The notes under the pieces were generated by a model. That model saw only the letters and a list, made by a program, of their open reading frames with translations. It was not told the DNA's origin and made no database searches. This document shows positions 23,116 through 35,410 of a DNA stretch of 64,000 nt, one piece after another (position 1 is the first letter of the stretch; every line of letters begins with the position of its first letter). Position numbers and translations under genes: made by a program. This DNA comes from an uncultured Actinomycetota bacterium (GTDB lineage Bacteria; Actinomycetota; UBA4738; HRBIN12), in contig CAVTEH010000005.1 in NCBI GenBank assembly GCA_963733635.1, positions 81,488 to 145,487 on the forward strand, given 5' to 3'.

Positions 23116-23498
23116 GTCTCCTTGCATCTCGGAGGCGTTGCGCACGCGATCCCCTCTTCGTGCCGCCGGGGTTTGGAAGGTGCCGACATCCTGGCATCGA
23201 GCATCATCGGCCAACAACGGGCCAAAGGGGGGACATCGCATGGGCCGGATGGGGGATATCGGGCATCCTCCGGATGGCAGCTAATCCTTGTGCCCCCAAC
23301 GTCCGAACAACCAAGTGTGAGGACGGAGACAGACGGGGCACGGCGCATTCAAGGCTTACAGAGGGCCACGGGTATACTGCTCTTCAGCGGGCGCTGCGGC
23401 CGGTCACCGGGAGCGGCGCCCGAGGTGCCTGCGGGGTAGGACGTGGTCCGTTGATCCCACGGGCCCGGCATGCGAGGCGGGGGTCGGAGGACGCTGAC

Positions 23499-25991
<2,493 letters not shown>

Positions 25992-26057
25992 CCCACGTGG
26001 GCCGGGCTCGTCCCCGGCTCATCCCGCTGCGTCCTGTGAGGCGCGGCATCCAAGGCC

Positions 26058-26089
26058 GAAGCCCGGCCCCTTCGAAGGGACCGGGCTTC
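26058..26089 (+). terminator. GC-rich hairpin downstream of clpC
   Basis: GAAGCCCGGCCCC-TTCGAA-GGGACCGGGCTTC was read directly. It has no U-tract, which is common in high-GC genomes. Confidence 0.5.
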
Positions 26090-26169
26090 TCGGCGCCTGG
26101 ACCTGGCCCGGGACGCCGCCGCAGGGCGACCGGGATCAAGGCCCGAGCGCCTCGATGCCGAACGTTCCT

Positions 26170-26725
26170 GGCATGGACGCATCTCCGCCCCGGCAACGGC
26201 GTTGGCTCCCGCCACTGGATCTCGCCGGGGCTGGCCGTCTACCTCGTCACCTGTGGGGCAGCGCGTTGGTGGTTCGGGGGGCCTTCGGCGGGCTTGATCG
26301 GTTCCGACCCGGTCGATGTCTGGCCTACCACGCTGGTTGGCTCCGTGCTTTGCGTCGGGCCTGCGCTCGTGTTGTGGAACCGCCGTCACCGGAGGGCGGC
26401 CGCGCTGGTGATCGGACCCGGCCTGACGGCGGCGGTCGCGCTCGTTGCTTTCGCCCCGTGGGGCGTTCGGCCTGCTCTGCCTGTGATGGTGCCGCTGGCG
26501 TGCGCGGCTGCCTCGGCGGCGAACCGTCTGCCCACGAACAGGGATCGAGCGCTGGTGCTGTGGTTGTTCGCCGTGTCGTCCGTCCTGGGCGCCGTCGGCA
26601 CCGGGCTCATGGCGCTCGCGGCTTCGATGGTCGTCGTGATGTGTGCGCTCCTGGCGCCCGCGCCTGAGCGCTTCACCATCAGCCGTCACGACGTCGTAGT
26701 TCCCGACGATATCTCCGGCCTGTAG
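26170..26725 (+). CDS. hypothetical polytopic membrane protein, start uncertain
   Basis: Frame 25997-26725 shows several hydrophobic spans (LAVYLVTCGAARWWF, VGSVLCVGPALVLW, AAVALVAFAPW, LWLFAVSSVLGAVGTGLMALAASMVVVMCALLA). Confidence 0.35.
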
Positions 26726-26779
26726 TCCTCGCTCACCGGACCGATCGGGCTTCACGACCTCCGTCCGTAGGATGCAGCG

Positions 26780-27590
26780 ATGCGAAGCGTGACGGCGGTC
26801 ATCGCGTGGTTCCTCTCGCTCGTGGCGGCCTGTGCGATCGTGGCCGGCGCCTACCTGTTCGGCATCGACCGCGGGTTGTTCTCGCCGGGACGCGAGGACG
26901 AGGTCGGACGGCTCCTGTTGGCCGACGATCAGGTCCAGCGCGCGATCGCGAACGCGACCGTCGGGGCGCTGACGGAGCGCATCCCTTTCGGTGATGAGGT
27001 CCGCCCTCGCCTGGAGGAGGCAGCTTTCCGGGTCACCAAGACGGATCGATACGCGGAACTGTTCCAGGAGGCGGTCGACCTGGCGTACCGAGCGCGCGCT
27101 GAAGGATGGCGCCGCAAGCCGATCGGTGGAGCTGACGATCGACGACGTGATCGATCTGCTCGGTGGGGACGTGATCACCCTGCTGGGCGGCGCCGATCTC
27201 GGGTCGCCGGGTGACGCGGGGATCGAGCTGCTGGGGGCCGGTGATCTGCGTCGGATCCGCACGGTGCAGGGCTCGGCACATCGATGGGCGCTCCCATTGC
27301 TCGCCTCCGGGATCTTCGCGGGGATCGTGGCGCTGGCGTTGCCGGGGCGGCGCGGTCTGCGCGCGATCGGGCTCGGGGTGTTGATCGCCGCCGGAGCCGC
27401 CGCGCTGTTCCTCACGACGGGCATGGTGGGTGGATGGATCGCAGAACGGGCCTCGCAGCCGGCTCGAGGGGTGCTCGAAGCTCTCTGGGTGTCTGCCTCG
27501 CCCTCGATCAGAGCGTGGCTCGGCGGCGCCTTCATGGCAGGCCTGCTGGTGGTGGTCATGGGGTTCCTCGTGGGCGTGGAGCGCGACTGA
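26780..27590 (+). CDS. hypothetical membrane protein, one frame break
   Basis: The N-terminal TM is AVIAWFLSLVAACAIVAGAYLF (26780-27214). The C-terminal TMs LLASGIFAGIVALAL, IGLGVLIAAGAAALFLTTGMVGGW and AFMAGLLVVVMGFLVG lie in frame 26991-27590. Confidence 0.5.
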
Positions 27591-27612
27591 GGTTCGTCAC
27601 ATGGTGAGCCTT

Positions 27613-28374
27613 TCACATGGTGAGGCCCCGCAGCTCTTCCGGGATCAGGTCGGCGAACTCCCACGACGTCCAGTAGTCGGCGGCCAGTCGAGACGCGGGT
27701 GTCGGAGCCCCATGGCGGCCGGCCCATTCGCAGACGCGCTCGATGTCGCGCTGCAGGAACGACCGGGCGTGGCGGTTCTTCCGGGGATCGACGGCCTGAG
27801 GGACATCGATGACGGTCACGAGGCCGTCCCAGATGAGCAGGTTGTAGGGCGATAGGTCGCCGTGCACGACGTTCAGGAATAGCATGCGTTGGACCACGTC
27901 GAGCACCTGGTCGACGATCGCGCGCGCTTCCTCGGGGTCCGAGGGCCGGTACGAGCGCAGCTGTGGGGCGGCCAGTTCCTCGTCGCCGATGTACGACATC
28001 AAGATGGCGTCGCCGGTGCGCTCGATCGGGCGAGGGACCGGCGCACCGCCTCGGGATAGCGCGCCCAAGGTCTCCCACTCCCGGTCGACCCAGATCATGC
28101 CCTGAACCTCGCGACCGAAGGCGGTCTTCTTCTCCAAGGCCACGCGGACGCGCCGTTCCTTGATCCACTCGCCGTCGCGATACATGGTCTCGTCACGGAA
28201 GTCCCGACGATCGAGCGGGTGGTAGAGCTTGAGAGCCAGGAGGTCCTCGCCGGTCATGCGCGGGTTGGCACGGCACAGGTGTACGGAGGCTTCCTTGCCG
28301 CTCTGGATGGGTCTGATGACCTTCTCGATGAGTCCTTCATCGAAGAAGTGTTCGAGTTGTTCGGTGATGGACAA
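27613..28374 (-). CDS. RIO1-family atypical serine protein kinase
   Basis: GGAG lies 8 nt before a TTG start (caa 28372-28374). Motifs are IRPIQSGKEASVHLC, ILMSYIGDEE and VVHGDLSPYNLLIWDGLVTVIDVPQAV. The gene is intact. Confidence 0.8.
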   Translation of the reverse strand: MSITEQLEHFFDEGLIEKVIRPIQSGKEASVHLCRANPRMTGEDLLALKLYHPLDRRDFRDETMYRDGEWIKERRVRVALEKKTAFGREVQGMIWVDREWETLGALSRGGAPVPRPIERTGDAILMSYIGDEELAAPQLRSYRPSDPEEARAIVDQVLDVVQRMLFLNVVHGDLSPYNLLIWDGLVTVIDVPQAVDPRKNRHARSFLQRDIERVCEWAGRHGAPTPASRLAADYWTSWEFADLIPEELRGLTM

Positions 28375-28644
28375 CGCGGTGGCTCCTATCCGGTGGTGGC
28401 ACGCGGGTGATGCCGCGTCCGGATGGGGAGCGAGCGGCCGGGACGGCCGAACTACGCGCTGTGCCCGGAAGGACGCGGCAGGGTGGCGAGGTCGAGGACC
28501 GAGATCGCAGCCATGCTCATCATCTCCTTCCGGCAAGGCGACGCTCGATCAGCGTCGCTGGTCGGTGCCCGCCGAGGATAGCAGCTGTGGGGCCATGTTT
28601 CGAGCCATCGGAGCCATGTCGGGGCAGGTCGCTATGGTTCGACC

Positions 28645-29994
28645 ATGGCGAAGATGCGCACGACCAGGGCGTGCCGCGAGTGCCGGCAACAGGTGTCGCA
28701 GTGGGTGGGGCGCTGCCCCGGTTGCGGCGCGTGGGGCACGATCGAAGAGACGGCGCCGCCGGTGCGAGGCAATGGTGTAACCGCGTCAGCCGTCCGTGCC
28801 ACTCGATGCGGTCCCCGCCCAGCAGGGCGGGTCGACACCGGCATCGCCGGGCTTGGACCGTGTGCTGGGGGGCGGTCTCGTACCCGGCTCGGTGGTGCTG
28901 CTCTCCGGCGAGCCGGGCATCGGCAAGTCCACGCTCCTGCTGCATCTCGTGGCGAGTCTCGGATCCGTCGGGCGCTCCTGCCTGCTGGTCTCCGGCGAGG
29001 AATCGCACGCGCAGATCTCCGCTCGAGCGCAACGGCTCGGCATCACGGCCGACTCGGTGTCGTTCGCTCCAGGTCGCGAGCTCGATGGCGTCCTGCAGGT
29101 CACCGCCGCCGAACGGCCGTTCCTGCTGGCGGTGGATTCCATCCAGACGCTCCGCGACGCCGACGGCTCCCAGATGCCGGGCGGGGCATCGCAGGTTCGT
29201 GCGTGCACCGACGCCGTGGTCGGCATGGCCAAGTCGCAGGGCGTCGCGGTGGTCATGACGGGTCACGTCACCAAGGACGGCGACCTCGCCGGACCCAAGA
29301 CCCTCGAGCACGCCGTCGACGTGGTGCTGTCCTTCGACGGCGATGCCCGGTCGGGGTTGCGCGTCCTGGCGGCGGCCAAGAATCGCTTCGGACCCGAAGG
29401 GGAGAGCGCCTGGTTCGAGATGGGCGCCACCGGGCTCTCCGAGATCGACCCGACCTCGCTCCTCGTCTCGGGCGAGCGCGTGCCGGGTGCCGCCACGGCC
29501 CTGCCCAGTGCCGGCAGACGGGCGCTCGCGGTCGAGGTCCAGGCTTTGGTGGGGGCGCCTGACGGACCGGCACGACGCCAGACGACGGGCATCGATGCGC
29601 GCCGATTCCAGCTGGTGGCGGCGGTGCTCGAGCGCGCTGCCGGGATCGCGCTGGGCCGGTCCGAGCTCTTCGGCGCTTCGTCCGGCGGTGTTCGCATCGA
29701 CGACCCGGCCTGTGATCTGGCGATCGCCGCTGCGCTGGCCTCGGCCGCCACCGGTGCGCTCCCACCGGACGGCGTCGCGTTCGTCGGCGAGGTCTCGCTC
29801 ACGGGGCTGGTGCGCTCCGCTCCCGGCATGGGCCCTCGCCTCGCGGCGGCCAAGGCCGCTGGTTGCTCCAGTGGTGTTCACGCCCCAGGGCGACGGTGTG
29901 CCCGACCCACGGTGTGCAGGTCGTGCCGGTGCGTCACGTGCGCGATGCGATCGAATGGGCGAGCCGGCACGCTCCCTGCAGCCTTTCGACCTAG
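28645..29994 (+). CDS. radA: DNA repair protein RadA, frame broken about 4 times
   Basis: The zinc ribbon is CRECRQQVSQWVGRCPGCGAWGT and the Walker A is LLSGEPGIGKSTLLL. Other motifs are MTGHVTKDGDLAGPKTLEHAVD, AAKNRFG and the Lon-like C-terminus FVGEVSLTGLVR. The last frame ends GVQVVPVRHVRDAIEWAS... with TAG 29992-29994. TATGGT at 28633-28638 suggests a leaderless start. Confidence 0.9.
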
Positions 29995-30130
29995 GTCCAT
30001 CAGAGCGGTTTCGGGCAAGGATAGGCCCTCTGACCTGCGGTGATGGGTTGCGCCGCAAGACCGACCCGTGTTACCCTCGTAACTGGTCAGCGCGACCCCT
30101 TTGAAGTCTTTCCTCGATCTAGGAGGTTCC

Positions 30131-30641
30131 GTGTTCCGCAAGGGCGACACCGTGGTGCATCCGGAACACGGAGCAGCAGTCATCGAAGAGCTACGCGAGA
30201 AGGAGTTCCTGGGGGAGAAGCGCACGTACCTGGTGTTGCGGGTCGCTTACGGCGACCTCACCCTGTTGATCCCCACCGATTCCACCGAGCAAGTCGGCCT
30301 CCGCTCGGTCGTGAGCAAGGCGGAGGTCAAGAAGGTCCTGAAGGTCCTCACCGAAGAGGAGTCCTCCATGGCCGCCAACTGGAGCCGCCGCTTCAAGAAC
30401 AACATGGAGAAGCTGCACTCCGGTGACCCGTATCAGGTGGCCGAAGTGCTGCGGAACCTATCGATCCGCGACCGTGAGAAGGGCTTGTCCGCAGGCGAGA
30501 AACGCATGATCACCAAGGCCCGCCAGATCTTCGATCTCCGAGCTCTCGCATGCCACTGGCAAGTCCGAAGACGACGCCGAGATCATGATCGACCAGGTCT
30601 TGGACGACGCCCACGGCGTCAAGCTCGCGGCGCAAGCCTGA
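30131..30641 (+). CDS. carD: CarD/CdnL-family RNA-polymerase-binding transcription regulator, one +1 break
   Basis: AGGAGG precedes GTG 30131. Motifs are FRKGDTVVHPEHGAAVIEELREKEFLGEKRTYLVL and NWSRRFKNNMEKLHSGDPYQVAEVLRNLSIRD. The tail, restored in the +1 frame, ends KLAAQA with TGA 30639-30641. Confidence 0.9.
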
Positions 30642-30799
30642 AACACCGCCGTTCCTTCGGTTCCCGACTGACGTGATCGTCCCAGTTCCCTCCCCCTTCC
30701 TTCAGCGTCGCCGATCCCACGCCGATGATTGTTGGGTCAGGCTCGTTCGGGTTGCCCGCCCACCGAACGACCGTCGGCTGCGAGGGAAGCGGGACCGCG

Positions 30800-31891
30800 A
30801 TGAGCGAGCGCGAACAGGCTCCGCACACGGCGAGCGCCGTTCGAGGGCGCTTGGTCGAGGGCGTCCGGCTCATCTTCATCGCTATGTTCGGTACCGGTGG
30901 GTTCTTGCTCGGCGGCACCGTCTCCACCGAGAGCACGGGCAGAGCCCTCGCCTTCATCTTCCTGGGAGCAGCCTGTGGTTTCGTGGCCGGTGGGGTTGTC
31001 GGCCGTTTGACGCTTCGCGCGGTCAGCGGCATGGAGCGTGAGCTCCGTCGCAAGCCCGCCCCGCAGCTCGCCGGTGGTGTGGTCGGTCTGGTGGTCGGGT
31101 TGATCGTGGCGGCCCTGCTGATGTTGCCCATGCTGCTGGTGTCCACTTCTTCGGCCTGGCCGGCGATCTTGTTCATCTACCTAGTGTGCGGATCGTTAGG
31201 TTTCCGGCTGGGCGAGGCGAAATACGAGGATGTCTTCGGGCTGGTGGGCATGAAGCCGCGGGCGTCGGTTGCCGCGCGAGGCGACCTCCACGTGCTGGAC
31301 ACCAGCGCGCTGATCGACGGACGAGTGGCCGACCTGGTGGCAACGGGGTTCGTCAGCGGCACCGTCTTGCTCCATGACGGTGTGTTGCGAGAACTCCAAG
31401 CGATCAGCGACTCCTCGGATCCGCGCCGCCGGGGCCGCGGCCGGCGAGGGCTCGACGTGCTGGTCGAGTTGCAGAAGGCTCCGACCGTCCAGTTCCAGCT
31501 GGTCGAGGAAGCGGGCGTGCTCGACGTGGATGCAGCCCTGGTGCGACTGGCACGGGAACGCGGGGCTTCGCTGCTCACCGTGGATCACAACCTCGCGAAG
31601 GTGGCCGAGGCCCTGCGGGTGCCGGTGGCGCAGATCAACGCGTTGGCTTCCAAGTTCCGTGTGCCGTATTCGGCCGGCGACGAGATCACGGTCCGTCTTG
31701 TCAAGGAGGGACGCGAGCATGGGCAAGGGGTGGGCTACCTCGACGATGGCACGATGGTGGTGGTCGAGAAGGCTACCGAGCAGATCGGGACCAGCGTCGA
31801 GATCAGGGTCACGAACGTGATCCAGACCACCACCGGCCGGATGGTGTTCGGCGCGCTGGTGCCCGAGGCCGAGTCGCTCGGCGCAGGGTAA
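30800..31891 (+). CDS. PIN + TRAM domain membrane-anchored protein (YacL-like)
   Basis: N-terminal TMs are followed by the PIN domain LHVLDTSALIDGRVADLVATGF...LLTVDHNLAKVA and the TRAM domain GDEITVRLVKEGREHGQGVGYLDDGTMVVVE. The gene is intact. Confidence 0.8.
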   Translation: MSEREQAPHTASAVRGRLVEGVRLIFIAMFGTGGFLLGGTVSTESTGRALAFIFLGAACGFVAGGVVGRLTLRAVSGMERELRRKPAPQLAGGVVGLVVGLIVAALLMLPMLLVSTSSAWPAILFIYLVCGSLGFRLGEAKYEDVFGLVGMKPRASVAARGDLHVLDTSALIDGRVADLVATGFVSGTVLLHDGVLRELQAISDSSDPRRRGRGRRGLDVLVELQKAPTVQFQLVEEAGVLDVDAALVRLARERGASLLTVDHNLAKVAEALRVPVAQINALASKFRVPYSAGDEITVRLVKEGREHGQGVGYLDDGTMVVVEKATEQIGTSVEIRVTNVIQTTTGRMVFGALVPEAESLGAG

Positions 31892-31908
31892 CCACCGCTC
31901 TGTCATGC

Positions 31909-32622
31909 TTGGCGGCCATGGCAACCGAACCTGCCGCCGGCGCCGTGGTCATCCTGCTGGCCGCCGGCGCCGGCCGTCGTCTGGGGGTCGTCGATCAGCC
32001 CAAGGCCTTCGTCCCGATCGGGGACCGGCCCATGCTTTCCGTGGCCGCAGCGACGGCCGCTGCCTCACCTTCGGTGGAGCGCCTGGTGGTCGCGGTGCCC
32101 GCCGGCTGGGAGGAGTACGCAGAGGGCTGCGTCGAGTTCTGTGGAGCGCCCACCACGATCGTGGCGGGCGGCCCTGACAGGCAGGCCTCGGTGCGAGCAG
32201 CGCTCGCCCAGGTTCCCCTTGCGACGGCGATCGTCGTCATCCATGACGCCGCCCGGCCGTTCGCCTCGCCCGATCTGTTCACCGGGGTGATCGAGGCCGT
32301 GGGCGGGGACGCCGAAGGGGCCATCCCGGTGATCCCCGTGACCGACACGGTGAAGCGCGTGCAGGATCAGGTGGTCGTGGAGACGCTGGCCCGTGACACG
32401 TTGAGTCTGGCCCAGACCCCGCAAGCCTTCTCGGCGCCGTTGCTCCGCGAGGCGCACCGGCTGGCTGATGAGCAGGGTCAGGGGTTCACCGACGATGCCG
32501 CCGTGATGGAGCACTACGGTCATCGCATCTGGGCGATGCCGGGGGACGCCTTGAACACGAAGATCACGACCCTGCTCGACCTGGCCCAGGCGGAGGCGAG
32601 GATGAGCGGCCTCGATGGCTGA
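31909..32622 (+). CDS. ispD: 2-C-methyl-D-erythritol 4-phosphate cytidylyltransferase
   Basis: This is an intact ORF with [23 protein letters not shown] and PVTDTVK. Confidence 0.9.
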   Translation: MAAMATEPAAGAVVILLAAGAGRRLGVVDQPKAFVPIGDRPMLSVAAATAAASPSVERLVVAVPAGWEEYAEGCVEFCGAPTTIVAGGPDRQASVRAALAQVPLATAIVVIHDAARPFASPDLFTGVIEAVGGDAEGAIPVIPVTDTVKRVQDQVVVETLARDTLSLAQTPQAFSAPLLREAHRLADEQGQGFTDDAAVMEHYGHRIWAMPGDALNTKITTLLDLAQAEARMSGLDG

Positions 32623-33135
32623 CATCGGGGGAACGGCGAGGGTGGGACTGGGGTTCGACGTCCACCCGAAAGAGCAGGGGCGGGTCCTGATGCTCGGAGG
32701 TCTGCGGTGGGACGGCGAGGACGGGCTGGCCGGCCATTCGGACGGGGACGTGGTCTGTCATGCGGTGGCTGACGCCGTGCTCGGCGCCGGCGCGCTGGGA
32801 GACGTCGGGGAGCATTTCCCCGAGTCCGACCCTCGATCGCCGGGATCGCAGGACTCGATCTGCTCACCCGCGCGATCGCGACCGTGCGGGCGGCAGGGTT
32901 CTCACCGTCATCGTGCGATCTCACGGTGATCTGCGTACAGCCCTCGATCGCATCCCGACGGGACGAGATCCGCAGTGCGCTCGCGGCTGCGATGGATCTG
33001 ACATCGGAGGCGGTGTCGGTGAAAGCCACGCGACCCGAAGGGTTGGGTCTCCACGGTGACGGGATCGGATGTATGGCAGTGACCGTCGTGGTGCCGAACG
33101 GTACGTCCCTGGACGACGATCGCATTTCCGTATGA
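32615..33135 (+). CDS. ispF: 2-C-methyl-D-erythritol 2,4-cyclodiphosphate synthase, frame broken about 2 times
   Basis: Motifs are [40 protein letters not shown] and, in frame 32884-33135, [15 protein letters not shown]...[12 protein letters not shown]. Confidence 0.85.
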
Positions 33136-33962
33136 GTCGCGAGCGCGATCGTCGTCAACGCCGCCGCCCCTCTCCCGTGGCGGACGGGAGCGTCGTCGGC
33201 GGGCGCCGCGCGGTGACCGAGGCCGTCCGTGCCGGCCGGGCCACCGAGGTCCTGATGGTGTCCTCACCCAAGGTGACGCAGGGGATGCGGGGTCTCCTCG
33301 AAGCGGCCCAGGAAGGCGGCGTCCCGATCCGCGTGTCGGCACGGGCTCGCTTGGACGCGCTCGCCAGCGATCACCAAGGGGTGGTGGCTCGGTTGCAACC
33401 GGTCGAGCCCGGCACACCTGCGGCGACCACGGACCCGGCCCTGAGCCCGGTGCCTCACGTCCTTAACGAACGCGACCTGGCGGGTCTGGAGTACGAGCCC
33501 GATGCCATCGCCGTCGTGCTTGACGGCATCTCCGATCCCCAGAACCTGGGCGCGGCCGCCCGATCGGCCGAGGCCGCCGGCGCCGCCGTGCTGGTCACCA
33601 GGACCAAGCGCGCGGCCGACGTCACGCCTGCATCCGTTCGCGCGTCGGCCGGGGCGCTGCTCCATCTGCCCCATGCCCGCGTGGCCAACATCGCTCGCTC
33701 GATCGAGCGGCTGCAGGACGCTGGCTTCTGGGTGGTCGGCCTGGACGGCGACGCCCCGGCGTCGATCGCCGACGAGCCGTGTCCACCCGGCCGGGTCGCC
33801 ATCGTCATCGGCAGCGAAGGCGAAGGCATGGGAAGGCTCGTTCGCGAGCGGTGCGACGCGCTCGTCTCGCTGCCGATGCGAGGACAGGTAGCTTCGCTCA
33901 ACGCGGCGGCGTCGCTGGCCGCCGTGCTGTACGCGTGGGTCCTGCCTTCGCGGAATCACTGA
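33132..33962 (+). CDS. rlmB: TrmH/SpoU-family 23S rRNA (guanosine-2'-O)-methyltransferase
   Basis: Motifs are HQGVVARL, VLDGISDPQNLGAAARSAEAAGA, AIVIGSEGEGM and PMRGQVASLNAAASLAAVLY. The gene is intact. Confidence 0.85.
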   Translation: MSRERDRRQRRRPSPVADGSVVGGRRAVTEAVRAGRATEVLMVSSPKVTQGMRGLLEAAQEGGVPIRVSARARLDALASDHQGVVARLQPVEPGTPAATTDPALSPVPHVLNERDLAGLEYEPDAIAVVLDGISDPQNLGAAARSAEAAGAAVLVTRTKRAADVTPASVRASAGALLHLPHARVANIARSIERLQDAGFWVVGLDGDAPASIADEPCPPGRVAIVIGSEGEGMGRLVRERCDALVSLPMRGQVASLNAAASLAAVLYAWVLPSRNH

Positions 33963-33984
33963 CGGTGCGGGTTGGTGTCGGCGA

Positions 33985-33990
33985 TAGACT
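33985..33990 (+). promoter_or_regulatory. -10 box TAGACT within GATAGACTCGGCG, 11 nt before the tRNA-Thr(UGU) 5' end
   Basis: It has the same 13-mer and the same spacing as at 6721-6733. Confidence 0.5.
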
Positions 33991-34001
33991 CGGCGGTGCC
34001 G

Positions 34002-34078
34002 GCCGGCGTGGCGCAGTCCGGTAGCGCAAGCGATTTGTAATCGCTAGGTCGTCGGTTCGAATCCGACCGCCGGCTCCA
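34002..34078 (+). tRNA. tRNA-Thr (anticodon TGT) with encoded CCA
   Basis: Hand-folded: acceptor GCCGGCG/CGCCGGC, anticodon stem AGCGA/TCGCT with loop TTTGTAA, T-arm GTCGG-TTCGAAT-CCGAC, discriminator T, then CCA at 34076-34078. Confidence 0.9.
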
Positions 34079-34600
34079 ACATCACCGCAGGTCAGGCGTG
34101 GTCTAGCGACGGCCCGACTGCCAGTGCGACTCCTGGGTTTGGGTAGGTTTGGGCAGAAGACTCCCTGGTCGGGTAGCAACATGACCCCCTCCCCTTATGT
34201 GCTGCTACTGGGGGAGGTCGGCCCGGCCCACCGTCCACGCGGCGATTCCGGGCGGGGCGCAGGCGGCCGAACCGGCGTGCATATTGTTGGGTCAAACAGG
34301 TATATCTCTAAGCCCCCCAACCGATTCTGTTTACTGACCTGTGGTTATGACACGCCCGGCCGGTGACTTCCGGCTGTCTGCAACGCTTGAACGAGGTTCA
34401 CGCGGCAGGAGGTTGCGAGTTCACCTCTCTACACGTCTACACACGCGTATCTGCGCAACTCACCCCCCAAGCAATGGCATCCGTTCACCGTGGGCGTAGG
34501 TAGGGGTACAGCAGTTGGGAGGTTGCCGCGAGACCCACCCTCTGTTGGCTCTCCAACCAGTGCGGGGGCGCTACGCGTAAGGGCGCACGGCCTTTGTCTC

Positions 34601-35410
34601 CTAGTCGAAACGAATCGATTCAACGATCCGCTGGATCTCCCGCTTGAGTCCGAGACCGGCATCTTTGTGCGTCTCGGCTTCGATGAAGAGGCGCGTCCCG
34701 TCCACATCGACGATCCATACCCTGATCGTGTCGCCCACCTCCGTCGTGTCCCACATCGCACCACCCCTGAACGGCGGCTCCCATGTGAAGAAGAATCCCG
34801 GGTGGCACCCGACGTCTTCGCGCACGGTGAGCACCACGTGCTGCGCGGGAAGCCTGCCCACGGTGACGTCCGAGGGCCCCGTGACGAGCATGGTCCCTGG
34901 CGCCGTCGATACGGCGGCCGCGAGATCGGCGGCCGATGGACCCACCTGTGGGCTCAGGAGGGTGGCGCATAGATCGTGGTCGCGTCCGTCGGGAAAGCTC
35001 GTCCAGAAGATGATGCCCTCTGCATCTTGTGGTCCGAACGCGCTCTTGTTGAGAGAGATCGTGCCGAACCTTTCCCAGCCATAGGGCGGCAGGGTGAATG
35101 AGAACGGAACGCCCTCCACGATTCGCGAGAGCCTGCGGCCGGAAGGACGCTCGATGGGGTCGTCGGCCTCCGGTACGCCTGGCACGGTCACCGAAGGTCC
35201 GCTGACCGCGGGCTGGCTTTGGCGCTCGTCGGGCGCCGAGCGGACGATGAGAGCCACTACCACCACCCCGATCGTCGCCACAACGGCGAACGCTCCGACC
35301 TTGCGCCTGCGCTCCTGCTTGCGCCGGTGTTCGTACTGGCGGTCGATGAATCCCGGCTCCGGGCGCACCTTCTGTGTGGCCAAGCGGAACACCTCCTGCA
35401 CCTCAGGCAT
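34601..35410 (-). CDS. membrane-anchored partner of the ECF sigma factor (anti-sigma-like) with an uncharacterised extracytoplasmic domain
   Basis: The ATG overlaps the sigma stop (35403-35410), suggesting translational coupling. A short cytoplasmic head is followed by the TM VGAFAVVATIGVVVVALIV and then about 200 aa with no motif I recognise. No HxxxCxxC zinc motif is present. Confidence 0.6.
   Translation of the reverse strand: MPEVQEVFRLATQKVRPEPGFIDRQYEHRRKQERRRKVGAFAVVATIGVVVVALIVRSAPDERQSQPAVSGPSVTVPGVPEADDPIERPSGRRLSRIVEGVPFSFTLPPYGWERFGTISLNKSAFGPQDAEGIIFWTSFPDGRDHDLCATLLSPQVGPSAADLAAAVSTAPGTMLVTGPSDVTVGRLPAQHVVLTVREDVGCHPGFFFTWEPPFRGGAMWDTTEVGDTIRVWIVDVDGTRLFIEAETHKDAGLGLKREIQRIVESIRFD

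Noticed and set aside
23160-23498. The 113-codon N-terminal extension of the clpC ORF.
   Set aside because: A canonical GGAGGA plus ATG at 23499 begins the universally conserved MFERFTDRA N-terminus. The extension overlaps the start of the divergent receiver gene.
27597-27624. A 12-bp direct repeat, TCACATGGTGAG x2 (separated by CCTT), at the RIO kinase stop.
   Set aside because: This is a small local tandem duplication of the gene end in a 22-nt convergent spacer. There are no flanking inverted repeats or mobile genes, so it is unlikely to be functional.
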